Shown in pieces: positions 1 through 10,037 of a stretch of 64,000 bases of DNA. The DNA comes from Candidatus Aenigmatarchaeota archaeon (GTDB taxonomy: Archaea; Aenigmatarchaeota; Aenigmatarchaeia; CG10238-14; SCSR01). The translations under genes were made by a program, and so were the position numbers. Each line of letters begins with the position of its first letter. Positions within the stretch are counted from its first letter, which is position 1. The stretch lies in the NCBI GenBank assembly GCA_038998335.1, contig JAVZHQ010000001.1, forward strand, positions 192,001 to 256,000. The letters are read 5' to 3'. The notes beneath the pieces were generated by a model. It saw nothing but the letters and a program-made list of their open reading frames with translations. It was not told where the DNA came from and searched no databases.

Positions 1-2
1 AA

Positions 3-530
3 GAGAACGAAAGAAAAATAAAGGAAGCTAAAGAAAAAGTAGAAAAAATTTCTTTTATCCTTAAGCCAAGAATTGAGAGTCAAGTTTTGAATGGAATCTG
101 GACTTCTCAAGGAAAAGGATGGAAAGATTTTATAGATAGGCTTTGTGATATGTTTGATAGAGCAAAAAGTTATGCTTATGTAGTAAGCAGAGATTTTTCT
201 TGGACTTCTAACCTTGCTGAGGCTGTTGATTCTTGTATAAGAAGAGGAGTAAAAATTAGAACTATTGCGATAGGAGGAATAAACGAGTCAAACTATAGAA
301 GAGCAAAATGGTTTAACGATCATGGAGTAGAGATAAGAGTTTTTAAGACAAGTTTGCACCCAAGAATGATTGATATAGATGGCAGGGAAATTTTGCTAAG
401 ACTTGATACCGAAATGAAAAAAGAAAGTTTTAGGTTTACTTCGGTATGGTCTAGTGATGCTTCCTTGGTTAAAGTTTTTGATGTTTACCTCAAAAGTTTG
501 TGGAAAAATGCAGAACCTTTCAAGTTTTAA
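3..530 (+). CDS. TrmB-like transcriptional regulator, C-terminal effector-binding (PLD-like) domain; 5'-truncated by the window edge
   Basis: Frame is open from base 3. Coiled coil followed by 'IWTSQG...RAKSYAY...RGVKIRTI...RMIDIDGREIL...SVWS...FDVYLKSLWKNA', the TrmB C-terminal pattern. Confidence 0.7.
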   Translation, partial: ENERKIKEAKEKVEKISFILKPRIESQVLNGIWTSQGKGWKDFIDRLCDMFDRAKSYAYVVSRDFSWTSNLAEAVDSCIRRGVKIRTIAIGGINESNYRRAKWFNDHGVEIRVFKTSLHPRMIDIDGREILLRLDTEMKKESFRFTSVWSSDASLVKVFDVYLKSLWKNAEPFKF

Positions 531-1782
531 TGAAAGGGAAAATTATAAAAAAATCTTAAGCGAGCTTTATCTTGAGAAAAACTTATTTTTTGACCCAAGT
601 TTAAGTTCTGTATTTTTTATTGAAAAGAGTTGGGGTGGAACTTTTTCAAACTCTTTAAAAGCGATAATGTTTGATGTCGATGATACGCTTAACCCAGAAG
701 GTTCAAAAAATCTTTCAACGTTATGGTTGGAAGGCTTGCCCCTTCAAAGCAAAGAAATAAACGAATTAAAAGAGCTCATGGGTCAGATTGGTAAAGTTTC
801 TTCTTTTTTAAACGTAAGTGAATTAGACATTAAAAAGCTAGTCAACAAATTCGGCAAAAGGTTAGCTGAGCTTAACTTAAAAAAAGAGGATTTAAACGAG
901 GCTGCAAAAAATGCTGCAAAAGAATTTGAAACAGTTCCTTATTCTTTTGAAGGTTTGAATGAAATCAAAGGCTTAGGTTATTCTGTAGGACTTAACTCTG
1001 GAGCTTACTTAGAAGCTGTGAGATACTTAGCTGAGAGGTTGGGAATTTTAAAAGAAAATTGTTTCGGTTCTGTTTACAATTTTGACAAGAACAACAGGTT
1101 TACAGGAATAATTTTACCAAGACTTAACTTTAAGAAAGCCGAAGCTTTTGAAAAATTTTTAAATTTTTATAGGTGCAAAAGTAAGTTTTCAATTTTTATG
1201 ACAGATAATCCAAGAAGCGATTCAGCTCCTTCCTCAAAAGCTGGTCTTAGAATTTTTGTTTCTGATAAACCTGAAGTTTTCGATGAATTTTTTGTTTGTT
1301 TGCCTGAGGTTAGAAGAAAGGGAGAAAGTTATCATGGGTATGAAGGTATGAAGATAGTTGCGTACTTCCTTAAAAGATGGGATTTATTGAATATAACTTA
1401 TTTCTTAAGGACACCAGAAAATGAGAGAGAAATTATTAAACTTTGCTTAAGTTTAAGTGAAACAGAAGAAGAAATTCAAAAAGGGAAGAGTTTAGTTGGG
1501 AACAAATTAAAGTTTGTTAATTATGTAGAAAGCTTACTATCATTTCTTTCTCCTATTTATTCAAGAAAGCTTTTTGGTTTAGATGAGTATATTGTTAAGC
1601 TTAAGCTCACAAGCGAAGAAGAAAAAATTAAAAGTTTAACTTCTTCTATCTATTTGAAGCTAAAAGAAAAAGTTCCTGAGTTGGACGAAAAGGAAGTAAG
1701 AAAGAAAAATTTTTTGGGCAAAATTGAAGAACTAACAAAAAGTAAAATAGAAGGTGAGTTTTACGGAAACCACAGTAAATAA
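508..1782 (+). CDS. HAD-superfamily hydrolase (phosphoserine phosphatase-like core with long extensions)
   Basis: Motif I 'IMFDVDDTL', motif II 'LNSG', conserved K, motif IV 'TDNPRSD'. ATG 508 chosen as the start. Confidence 0.7.
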   Translation: MQNLSSFNERENYKKILSELYLEKNLFFDPSLSSVFFIEKSWGGTFSNSLKAIMFDVDDTLNPEGSKNLSTLWLEGLPLQSKEINELKELMGQIGKVSSFLNVSELDIKKLVNKFGKRLAELNLKKEDLNEAAKNAAKEFETVPYSFEGLNEIKGLGYSVGLNSGAYLEAVRYLAERLGILKENCFGSVYNFDKNNRFTGIILPRLNFKKAEAFEKFLNFYRCKSKFSIFMTDNPRSDSAPSSKAGLRIFVSDKPEVFDEFFVCLPEVRRKGESYHGYEGMKIVAYFLKRWDLLNITYFLRTPENEREIIKLCLSLSETEEEIQKGKSLVGNKLKFVNYVESLLSFLSPIYSRKLFGLDEYIVKLKLTSEEEKIKSLTSSIYLKLKEKVPELDEKEVRKKNFLGKIEELTKSKIEGEFYGNHSK

Positions 1783-2752
1783 AGTGAAGAATGATGTTTT
1801 CTCCTTTACCTCAGATATCCTCTCTCTTGAAAATAACTCAAAAGTAATTCTTGCTGATTTAAGTAATAGCGAGTTTGAAAATACTTTTGGCTACTTTGAC
1901 GAGAAAGAGTTTAAAATTTTTGTAAATTCTTACGGTTTGGACGAGAGGAAATTAAAGCAGTATAGTGCATGCGTAATTTCTTTTTTTCAGCCTTATGCGT
2001 TCTACCTTGAGAATGTTGAAAACTTTTTAAGAGAAGATGAAAATTTAAAAGAAACGAGAGAAGTTTTTACTGGGATAGGAAAGTGGGTTGAAAGGGCAAC
2101 TTTAAATTACTTGGAAAATTTAGGCTATGCTTTTGATCATGAGATTAAATCAAGCTTCGAAGATTACAGAAACCTAGAAGGGTTTAAGGTTTGTCAAGAG
2201 CTTTGGGAAAATGTAAAGAAACTAACCATACAAACTTTTGGCATAAGTGGTAAACCTCTTGAGCTTGAAAAAATTCATCAAAAAATTATAAGAGTTCTTA
2301 TAAAGAATATAAGCAGAGAAAGTAACCCGAGCTTATTTTTAAGGAAGTTAAGTCAGAAATTTTTAGGTTATGACGAGATTCTTTCCCTTTACTTAGAGTC
2401 AGGAGAGTATGCTTTGGTAAAGCCAAAAGATGTAAGCGAAATTGAAGAATATTACGAGAAATTAAAGTCAGCCTTAGCTTTTGACAGTAATTTTAGGGAG
2501 TACAAGTTAAGTTGGGAACCTCTAAACAAGCTTCTAAAAAATTTTGGGCTAAGGGATTTGTATGAAAAATCCTTAAAAATTTTTGAAAACTTTTCAGAAG
2601 CTCTTGGTGTAAATGAAAAGTTGAGTGAACTGGAAAAAGAGGAAGAAAAAAGTTTGGAAAATCACTTACGCGATTTGCTTACAGATATAGAATGTAGCTT
2701 AGGCTTTTTGAGAAAAGAAAAGCCAACTTTAATAGCTCTTCAAGATAAATAA
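1754..2752 (+). CDS. hypothetical protein
   Basis: 332-aa ORF overlapping the upstream gene; GGTGA-like SD context. Confidence 0.7.
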   Translation: MSFTETTVNKVKNDVFSFTSDILSLENNSKVILADLSNSEFENTFGYFDEKEFKIFVNSYGLDERKLKQYSACVISFFQPYAFYLENVENFLREDENLKETREVFTGIGKWVERATLNYLENLGYAFDHEIKSSFEDYRNLEGFKVCQELWENVKKLTIQTFGISGKPLELEKIHQKIIRVLIKNISRESNPSLFLRKLSQKFLGYDEILSLYLESGEYALVKPKDVSEIEEYYEKLKSALAFDSNFREYKLSWEPLNKLLKNFGLRDLYEKSLKIFENFSEALGVNEKLSELEKEEEKSLENHLRDLLTDIECSLGFLRKEKPTLIALQDK

Positions 2753-2757
2753 ATTTT

Positions 2758-3177
2758 ATGAAAGTCTTAGCTATAATACTTTTATTTTTTGTTTCGCTCT
2801 TTTTGCTAGCGTATTTTTTAAAGCCAGAAGAAAATTTAACCGAAAAATTTGAAAACAAGTTAGAAATTTTTACTGATAAAGAAGCTTATACCCAAGGCGA
2901 AGAAATTAAAGTAAATGTTTCATTCTTTTCTTCCAAGGATTTGAAAGATGTGGAAATAAAAGTTTTTGGGATTAAAGGAAGGTATGGAGATTATATTTCT
3001 TCAAGCAAGGTTGTTAATTTGAGAAAAGGAGAAAATTTGTTCGATTTTTATTTTAGAGCACCTTATTGTAGCGCTTGTACAGGAATTGCTCCTGGAGAGC
3101 ATGAAATAAACGTACAGCTTGTTTACAACAACACACTTTTGGCTTCTGTTTCGAAGAAAATAAGAATAGAAAGTTAA
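2758..3177 (+). CDS. membrane-anchored Ig-like protein with CxxC
   Basis: N-terminal hydrophobic helix, 'TDKEAYTQGEEI' MG2-like strand, 'CSAC'. Confidence 0.6.
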   Translation: MKVLAIILLFFVSLFLLAYFLKPEENLTEKFENKLEIFTDKEAYTQGEEIKVNVSFFSSKDLKDVEIKVFGIKGRYGDYISSSKVVNLRKGENLFDFYFRAPYCSACTGIAPGEHEINVQLVYNNTLLASVSKKIRIES

Positions 3178-3187
3178 ACAAATAAAG

Positions 3188-3931
3188 TTATTTTTGTTTG
3201 CTAAACGCAACTCCACCTAGTAAAATCATGGTAAAAGAAAAAGTACAAATAACAACTAAGCTTGTATAAAATGGAATAGAAGATAAACCGATTAAAATAA
3301 ACCTTACAGCCTCTACTCCATAAGTTAAAGGGTTTAAATAAGAGATAATTTTAAGCCACTCAGGAGCTTCTTGTATAGGGAAAAAAGCACCACTTAAGAA
3401 AATTAACGGAAATATTATGAAATTCATTATCAACCCAAAACTTTCCATCGTTTCTATCAAAGAAGCTATTATTAAACCAACACTTACTAAGCCTAAGGAA
3501 ATTACAGCCATTAGAGCTATGGTAATTAAGAATGAGTAGAAAGTAACATGAATTCCTAAGATAAATGATAGGCTTAGGATGATAACGCCTTGAATTAAAG
3601 CTACTGTACAACTTCCCAAAGCTTTTCCAGCAAATATGGAAGTTCTTGAAATAGGAGAAACGAGAATTTCCTTTAGAAAGCCAAATTCTCTATCCCATAT
3701 AACAGAAATTCCTGAAGCTATCGAAACTCCAACTAAGGAAATTACAACTATACCAGGAAACAAAAAAGTTTGATAGTTTAACTCGCTTATCCTAACAAAA
3801 GAAAAGCCACCACCCAAAACAACCAAGAAAAGCAAAGGTTGAACTATAGAACTAACAATTCTTGCTCTATCTCTCAAGTACCTTTTAATTTCTCTTAGCC
3901 ATATTGTGTAAATTCCTTCAAGCTCGCTCAT
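3188..3931 (-). CDS. ABC-2 type exporter permease (DrrB-like)
   Basis: 'WDREFGFLKEILVSP', 'FLSGAFFP', 'NPLTYGVEAVR'. Confidence 0.92.
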   Translation of the reverse strand: MSELEGIYTIWLREIKRYLRDRARIVSSIVQPLLFLVVLGGGFSFVRISELNYQTFLFPGIVVISLVGVSIASGISVIWDREFGFLKEILVSPISRTSIFAGKALGSCTVALIQGVIILSLSFILGIHVTFYSFLITIALMAVISLGLVSVGLIIASLIETMESFGLIMNFIIFPLIFLSGAFFPIQEAPEWLKIISYLNPLTYGVEAVRFILIGLSSIPFYTSLVVICTFSFTMILLGGVAFSKQK

Positions 3932-4908
3932 ATCATTCTCGCTCTCCTTTTCATCATTTCTTTGCTTTCTTCTGTTTCTTCTCTGATTTCTCTTCCTGTG
4001 TAATGGAGAAAAACGTCTCCAAGGCTAGGTTTCCTTATGCTTATAGACTCGACAAAAAATTTATTCTTCCTAGCAAATTCTAATAACTTTGGTGCAAACT
4101 TTTCAGCATTTTTAACGGTCATACTAATTTTCTTTTCTGTAACTTGAGCTTTCCTTATCGAATCTAACTTTTTAACTTTTTCCAAAAATTTTTCAGCATT
4201 TTTTATTTCTAAGGTTATGACATCTCCTTCCAAACTATTTTTCAAATTTTCAGGAGTATCTAAAACTTTTATTTCTCCGTAATCCATTATAGCTACTCTA
4301 TCACACAAAGCATCAGCTTCTTCCATGTAATGGGTTGTTAATAAAATTGTAATGTTTTCTTTTTCAGCTAGTTTCTTTATGTATTCCCAAATGTGCTCTC
4401 TTGTTTGAGGGTCTAAACCTAAAGTAGGTTCGTCTAAAAAAAGAACTTTTGGGTAATGTATCAAACCCCTTGCTATTTCTAACCTTCTTTTCATTCCTCC
4501 AGAATAATTTCTAACAAGCTCGTTAGCTCTTTCATAAAGTCCAACTAATTTTAAAACTTCTTCTATTCTCTTCTCTCTTTCTTCTTTTGGCACGCTATAC
4601 AAGCGAGCATGCATTTCTAAGTTTTCTTTTGCTGTTAATCTGTTATCTAGGCTAGGGTCTTGAAAAACTATACCTATAGATTTTCTAACATTCCTTTGCT
4701 CTTTAATTATATCAAAACCGTTAACTTTTGCTGTTCCTTTTGTTGGTTTCAATAGAGTACAAAGCATTGAAATAAAAGTTGTTTTTCCTGCTCCGTTCGG
4801 TCCAAGCAGTCCAAAAATTTCCCCTTCTTTAATTTTTAGACTTACGTTATTAACAGCTTTAAGGCCGTTAAATTCTTTTGTCAGATTAAAAGTTTCTACA
4901 ATCCACAT
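3928..4908 (-). CDS. ABC exporter ATP-binding protein (DrrA-like)
   Basis: GPNGAGKTT, YSGGM, LFLDEPT, TTH. Confidence 0.95.
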   Translation of the reverse strand: MWIVETFNLTKEFNGLKAVNNVSLKIKEGEIFGLLGPNGAGKTTFISMLCTLLKPTKGTAKVNGFDIIKEQRNVRKSIGIVFQDPSLDNRLTAKENLEMHARLYSVPKEEREKRIEEVLKLVGLYERANELVRNYSGGMKRRLEIARGLIHYPKVLFLDEPTLGLDPQTREHIWEYIKKLAEKENITILLTTHYMEEADALCDRVAIMDYGEIKVLDTPENLKNSLEGDVITLEIKNAEKFLEKVKKLDSIRKAQVTEKKISMTVKNAEKFAPKLLEFARKNKFFVESISIRKPSLGDVFLHYTGREIREETEESKEMMKRRARMI

Positions 4909-4945
4909 ATTATCATTTTTTGGTTTTTTGTGTATAAAAAAAGAA

Positions 4946-5245
4946 CTAGGAAATGTTTGGAAAAATAAGTGAGGCTATTTCCTTTGCTACACTATTTGGA
5001 TTGCTATAGACCCTTCTAGCTTTAACTCTTTTAACAAAGTAGCCCATTTGAGTCAAAATTTTATGTTTCTTTTCATATTTTGGGCTATTCCTTTCTGAGT
5101 AATCTATTTCTATAATGAAATGGCCAAAGAGCAAAAAATCTACTGTATAATTTTCAATTTTTGCCTTCACTTTTATATTTTCCTCTCCAATGTATTGAGC
5201 CAGATAGTTGTGAAGCATCTGTCTGGCTAGGAGTATATGTTCCAT
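4946..5245 (-). CDS. DUF559/Vsr-like PD-(D/E)xK nuclease-domain protein
   Basis: 'YTVDFL...IIEID...LTQMGYFVKR'. ATG 5245 chosen as the start. Confidence 0.6.
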   Translation of the reverse strand: MEHILLARQMLHNYLAQYIGEENIKVKAKIENYTVDFLLFGHFIIEIDYSERNSPKYEKKHKILTQMGYFVKRVKARRVYSNPNSVAKEIASLIFPNIS

Positions 5246-5298
5246 AAAACAGAAATTTAACACAAAAATATAAAAATTTTTTTTAATTATTTTCATTT

Positions 5299-5943
5299 AT
5301 GTCGTTAGTCGGAGAGCTCTTCGCAAAAGAGTTTGGTGAGAAAGAAGGAGTATGTTGGCAAAGAGTTATGCAAGTTTTAGCTTCCTATAACTGGAAAAAT
5401 GGGAAATTTGATGTAAGACTTTATCTTAGTGGGCTTAAAGGTATGGAATTAAAAATTCTGTCAGAATATTTAAAATTTCTTCCGAAACTTAGAGTAGTTT
5501 ACAATAAACACAACTATAAAATTTACGATTTGGTTACTAATTCCTTAGATGCTTATAAAAGAATGGAGAAGGAAAAAGAAAGAAAGAAGAAAATCTTACC
5601 GTTTATTATAAAACGTGCTAAAGAATTTTCAAAAGAATTAGTTCAAAACATTGGTTTACTCGAACCTATGATATTTCTTAGAGGGAGCGCTTCACCCAGA
5701 TCCAAAAAAATATTCTGGTATTATGATAGCCCAGAGTTGATTTTTGTTTCGGATGTGGATTTAGAAATAATAGTGCCAGAAGTTAACACCGAAATTATAC
5801 ATTACAGTAGAAATGAAGCATACAATTTCTCTGTAAAAAGTAAGATTCCCATAAATGTATATTTTAAAAGGTTTTCTAATTTAGACGAAGGTTTGGTTAA
5901 ATACGGTTATCCTTTAAGCTTACCTTACAAGTTTTATGGTTGA
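5299..5943 (+). CDS. Pol-beta/minimal nucleotidyltransferase-domain protein with N-terminal extension
   Basis: 'FLRGSAS ... SDVDLEII' matches the GS/DxD signature. Confidence 0.6.
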   Translation: MSLVGELFAKEFGEKEGVCWQRVMQVLASYNWKNGKFDVRLYLSGLKGMELKILSEYLKFLPKLRVVYNKHNYKIYDLVTNSLDAYKRMEKEKERKKKILPFIIKRAKEFSKELVQNIGLLEPMIFLRGSASPRSKKIFWYYDSPELIFVSDVDLEIIVPEVNTEIIHYSRNEAYNFSVKSKIPINVYFKRFSNLDEGLVKYGYPLSLPYKFYG

Positions 5944-5944
5944 G

Positions 5945-6018
5945 TGGGCCTGCCGGGATTTGAACCCGGGACCTTCTGGTTAAGAGCCAGCTGCTCTACC
6001 ATGCTGAGCTACAGGCCC
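5945..6018 (-). tRNA. tRNA-Lys(CTT)
   Basis: Reverse complement folds as a cloverleaf: GGGCCTG acceptor, anticodon loop CT-CTT-AA, GGTTCAAATCC T-arm; no CCA. Confidence 0.96.
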
Positions 6019-6683
6019 ATGCTTATTCTCTTAATTATTTTGTAAGCTTCGCTTAACTTTTTAACTGAAAAGTCTGGCTTAACTTTTTCTTTTAGCGGAA
6101 CATATTTATGGCTATGTTCTAACCTTTTTATAAATATTGTTTTTATCCCAAGCCTTTTTCCTGTAAGTATTCCTCTGTCAAGCCTGTTATCGATTATTAT
6201 AAAATTTTCTTTTGGTTCTTTCCATTTTTTAAGAATAAACTCAAAAAATTTTGTGTCGCTTTTTATGCATTTTGTATCATCTTGCGATACTATATCGTCA
6301 AAAAACTTTTCAAGCTCAAAATAACCTATCTTCATTTTTATTATAGGTTTTATAGCATCGGAAGCAAGAATAAGCTTATGTTCATCTTTCTTCAATTTAA
6401 GAAGAAATTTTTTCGAACCTTTTATAAGTTTTAAGTATTTTAAGTTTTTAAGATGAGCTTCTTTCCAAGTTTTTCCAAGTTTTAACTCTCTAGAAAAAAT
6501 CCTCCAATCATGCCACTCTTTGGTTCCTTCTAATTTTTCTGCAAACTTGAAAAAAATTTTCTTAGCTTCCTTTAAACTTACTTTATACTTTTTAGAAATT
6601 CTTTTGAAAAAATACTCCAAGACTTTTTCCTCAAAAATGAGATTATCGATTAAAACACCGTCCAAATCAATTATAACTATCAT
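6009..6683 (-). CDS. HAD family hydrolase
   Basis: 'IIDLDGVL', 'LASD', 'IIIDNRLDRG'. The stop codon lies inside tRNA-Lys. Confidence 0.85.
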   Translation of the reverse strand: MIVIIDLDGVLIDNLIFEEKVLEYFFKRISKKYKVSLKEAKKIFFKFAEKLEGTKEWHDWRIFSRELKLGKTWKEAHLKNLKYLKLIKGSKKFLLKLKKDEHKLILASDAIKPIIKMKIGYFELEKFFDDIVSQDDTKCIKSDTKFFEFILKKWKEPKENFIIIDNRLDRGILTGKRLGIKTIFIKRLEHSHKYVPLKEKVKPDFSVKKLSEAYKIIKRISMGL

Positions 6684-6737
6684 ATACTCACTTTTAAAAT
6701 TTAAAAACTATGAGAATTAATAAGTTATAGCGAGAAA

Positions 6738-7418
6738 ATGAGCGCATTATTAGAATTACAGCATGTAACTAAAATTTATAAGTTAGATGAGGTTGAAGTA
6801 AAGGCTTTGGATGACATAAACTTAAAAATAGAAAAAAATGAGTTTTTGGCTGTTACTGGTCCAAGTGGCTCTGGGAAATCAACTTTACTTCATATAATGG
6901 GTTGTTTGGACAGACCAACAAAAGGAAGAGTAATTCTTGAAGGAAAGGATGTTTCAAACTTAAGCGATGCAGAACTTGCAAGAATCAGAGGAATGAAAAT
7001 AGGTTTTGTTTTTCAATTCTTTAACTTATATCCAACTTTAACCGCTTTAGAAAACGTTGAGTTGCCTATGGTTATCACGGAAAAAGATAAAAATGAAAGA
7101 AGAAAAAGAGCTCTAGAATTATTGAAAGCTGTTGGGATGGAAAAAAGAGCTAATCATTTGCCTTCTCAACTCTCAGGAGGAGAAAGGCAAAGAGTAGCTA
7201 TAGCAAGAGCTTTGGCTAATAATCCTTCGATAATTCTTGCTGACGAGCCAACAGGAAACTTAGATTCAAAGACAGGGAAAGAAATAATAAATTTATTGGC
7301 TAACCTTCAAAAAGAGGAAGGAAAAACAGTAGTAATTGTTACTCATGAACCAACAATTGCAAGATATGCTGAAAAAATTATTTATCTTAGTGATGGTAAA
7401 ATAATAAGAGGAGGATAA
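6738..7418 (+). CDS. ABC transporter ATP-binding protein (MacB/LolD-like)
   Basis: [23 protein letters not shown]. Confidence 0.95.
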   Translation: MSALLELQHVTKIYKLDEVEVKALDDINLKIEKNEFLAVTGPSGSGKSTLLHIMGCLDRPTKGRVILEGKDVSNLSDAELARIRGMKIGFVFQFFNLYPTLTALENVELPMVITEKDKNERRKRALELLKAVGMEKRANHLPSQLSGGERQRVAIARALANNPSIILADEPTGNLDSKTGKEIINLLANLQKEEGKTVVIVTHEPTIARYAEKIIYLSDGKIIRGG

Positions 7419-7421
7419 AAG

Positions 7422-8663
7422 ATGAAAAAAATTTTTGCGTTAATCTTAATTTTTATCTTTACTTTTCCAGTTTATCTTACAAAAGCTTTAGTTTCAGAAC
7501 CAATAATTCAAGCAAGCGTTTCCGTTTTTCCTTCTTATATAGCTCCAGGAAACGAAGGTTATGTTCAGCTTGTTTTAAAAAATTCAGGAAGTGGTGTAGC
7601 TAGTGGAATTAAAATTTCACAAGTTTCTTTTGACAAAGCTATAATTCCTTCAGGAAGTTGGGCAGGCGAGCTTAATCCTTTAGGAATTGGTGATTCAGCA
7701 GTTTATTTTTTCAAGTTTAGAGTTTCTGAAAATGCATTGCCTGGCTTGTATACTATAACTTTCTACATCGATTACAACACAGATTCTACGACAAAAACAA
7801 TAAAACAAATTGCTATAGTAAACGTTCAGTCTACTTCTACCATAGAAATTGCTTCTATCGAGCCTTCTACTTTAAAAGCAGGAGAAAAAATTGAGATGAA
7901 ATTCATTTTAGTAAACAAAGGAAACAACTCGATAAATAACATAATCTTTACTTGGAGCAGTCAAGGAAATGTTATTTTGCCCTTAGGTTCGGGAAACAGG
8001 ATTTTTATCCCGAGGATAGAAGGAAACTCAAACTACGAAATTAAAACAGAGGTTTCTGTAAGTCCAAGTGTTACACCAGGGATTTATCCTTTAAACATTC
8101 TGCTCCAATACACAGATAAAACAGGAGTGAATCAAACAGTAAGTTTAGTAGCAGGAATTGAAGTAAGTGGTGAAACAGATTTTGACGTTAGTATAGAAGA
8201 ATTCACTTCAACTTCTTTAACTTTAGCTGTAGCAAATACAGGAGCCTATACTGCTTATTCGGTTATAGTTAGAGTTCCTCCACAAGAAGGCTTAAGAGTA
8301 ACAGGAAGCTCTACAAGCATGCTAGGCAATTTAAATGCAGGTGACTACACACTTGCAACTTTTCAAGTTTCTCTTCCAAATTTTACTGCTAATTTTAGTA
8401 GAAATTTTACAAGGAATATAACTCAACCAAAAGTTTTGGTTGAAATTTCTTACACAGACGCTTTAGGAATAAGAAGGTCTGTTGAAAAAGAAGTAGAAAT
8501 AAGTTTTTTTGGAGTTACTGGGACTGCAAGAGTTTTACTTACAAGAACTCAGCAAGGAATTTTAACTCCTGGAATTATTTATATTGCAGTTGGTGTTGTA
8601 GGAATAGTTTTGGTTGTAGCCATAGTTAAGTTGAGAAAAAGAATACAAAGGAAGAGGGAATGA
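7422..8663 (+). CDS. COG1361-like S-layer/Ig-domain membrane protein
   Basis: Signal peptide, repeated 'LxNxG...PGxY' Ig-like domains, C-terminal TM helix; typical partner of MacB-type ABC genes. Confidence 0.75.
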   Translation: MKKIFALILIFIFTFPVYLTKALVSEPIIQASVSVFPSYIAPGNEGYVQLVLKNSGSGVASGIKISQVSFDKAIIPSGSWAGELNPLGIGDSAVYFFKFRVSENALPGLYTITFYIDYNTDSTTKTIKQIAIVNVQSTSTIEIASIEPSTLKAGEKIEMKFILVNKGNNSINNIIFTWSSQGNVILPLGSGNRIFIPRIEGNSNYEIKTEVSVSPSVTPGIYPLNILLQYTDKTGVNQTVSLVAGIEVSGETDFDVSIEEFTSTSLTLAVANTGAYTAYSVIVRVPPQEGLRVTGSSTSMLGNLNAGDYTLATFQVSLPNFTANFSRNFTRNITQPKVLVEISYTDALGIRRSVEKEVEISFFGVTGTARVLLTRTQQGILTPGIIYIAVGVVGIVLVVAIVKLRKRIQRKRE

Positions 8664-9928
8664 AACTTAGCGATATAATAAAACTTTCGATAAGTAATCT
8701 TTCTCAAAGAGGGTTGAGAAGCTGGTTAACTGTTTTGGGAATAGTTATAGGTGTTGCTGCAGTTATTGCTATTCTTTCAATTGGAGCGGGAATGCAACAA
8801 ACTATATCTTTTCAATTAAGTGGTTTGGGTGCTGACATAATCACCATTTCTCCTGGTTTTGCAAGAGCTTTTACTGTTGCTTTTCAGAGAGTTGGGCAAC
8901 AACCAATAATAGAAAGAGCTCAAGTTTCAACATACTTTACAGAAAAAGATGTACAAGCAATAAAGTCAGTAGAAGGAATAGTTGCTGTAAATAAAGTGAT
9001 TTATGGAAGAGCTAACGTTACTTACTTAGCTCAAAGTGCTTCCATTTCAGTTTATGGTGTTGAACCTTTAGCTTGGAAGGAAATATTGCCTGTTGAGATT
9101 GAAGAAGGAAGGTATTTAATGCCTGGAGATAGCGATGCTATAGTTGTTGGTAATAGAGTGGCAAACCAAATGTTCAAAAAACCCTTAGGAATAAACACTC
9201 AACTAACAATAAACGGAAAGCCTTTTAAAATAGTTGGAATTCTAAAAGAATCAGGAGGAATAGCAGGAATAATAGGAATAGACAACTTAATCTTTATGCC
9301 ATTGAGTTCAGCAAGATCTGTTTTAGGTTTTGAGGCAAACAAATACTCTTCACTTCAAGTTAAAGTTAGCGACCCTGCTTTGGTTGATTATGCTGTTAGT
9401 GAAATAGAAGAAAAATTGATGCTTTCTCGGCATGTGACAGAAGAAACAAAAGATTTTACAATTACTTCAACAAAAACAATACAAGAGACAGTTTTAAACG
9501 TAATGAACACAATAAACTTGTTTCTTGCAGGGATAGCAGGAGTTTCTTTGTTGGTTGGAGCAATAGGAATAGCCAATACAATGTTCATGAGTGTTATGGA
9601 AAGAACAAGACAAATTGGAACTTTAAAAGCTATAGGAGCAACTAACTTTGAAGTTATGGAAATATTTTTGTTTGAATCTGCTTTTATTGGTTTGTTGGGT
9701 GGTTTGATAGGAATTTTTCTAGGTTTTATTGCTTCTGGGTTAATTTCTGAGTTGGGAATAAGGTTTTTAGCAGTAGGAGCGCGTGCTCAAGCAAGCTTAA
9801 CAGTAATAACTCCTGAGCTAATTTTATTTGGTTTAGCTTTTTCAACTTTTATAGGAATCTTAGCTGGAATTCTGCCTGCAAGAAGAGCAGCTCACTTACA
9901 ACCTGTAGAAGCTTTAAGGTACGAATGA
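8660..9928 (+). CDS. ABC transporter permease (MacB/FtsX family)
   Basis: 'RSWLTVLGIVIGV', 'SVMERTRQIGTLKAIGA', 'PARRAAHLQPVEALRYE'. Confidence 0.95.
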   Translation: MKLSDIIKLSISNLSQRGLRSWLTVLGIVIGVAAVIAILSIGAGMQQTISFQLSGLGADIITISPGFARAFTVAFQRVGQQPIIERAQVSTYFTEKDVQAIKSVEGIVAVNKVIYGRANVTYLAQSASISVYGVEPLAWKEILPVEIEEGRYLMPGDSDAIVVGNRVANQMFKKPLGINTQLTINGKPFKIVGILKESGGIAGIIGIDNLIFMPLSSARSVLGFEANKYSSLQVKVSDPALVDYAVSEIEEKLMLSRHVTEETKDFTITSTKTIQETVLNVMNTINLFLAGIAGVSLLVGAIGIANTMFMSVMERTRQIGTLKAIGATNFEVMEIFLFESAFIGLLGGLIGIFLGFIASGLISELGIRFLAVGARAQASLTVITPELILFGLAFSTFIGILAGILPARRAAHLQPVEALRYE

Positions 9929-9939
9929 TTAGCAAGAGA

Positions 9940-10013
9940 TGGGTCCGGAGGGATTTGAACCCTCGACCAACGGGTTAAAAGCCCGCTGCTCTACCATGCT
10001 GAGCTACGGACCC
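9940..10013 (-). tRNA. tRNA-Lys(TTT)
   Basis: Cloverleaf with anticodon arm CGGG-CT-TTT-AA-CCCG. Confidence 0.96.
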
Positions 10014-10037
10014 ATATTAAAAATTTTTAATCAGAAA

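Noticed and set aside
5945-10013. Two tRNA-Lys genes as attL/attR of an integrated element
   Set aside because: Both are complete genes with different anticodons; the shared 23-nt stretch is D-arm paralogy; no integrase.
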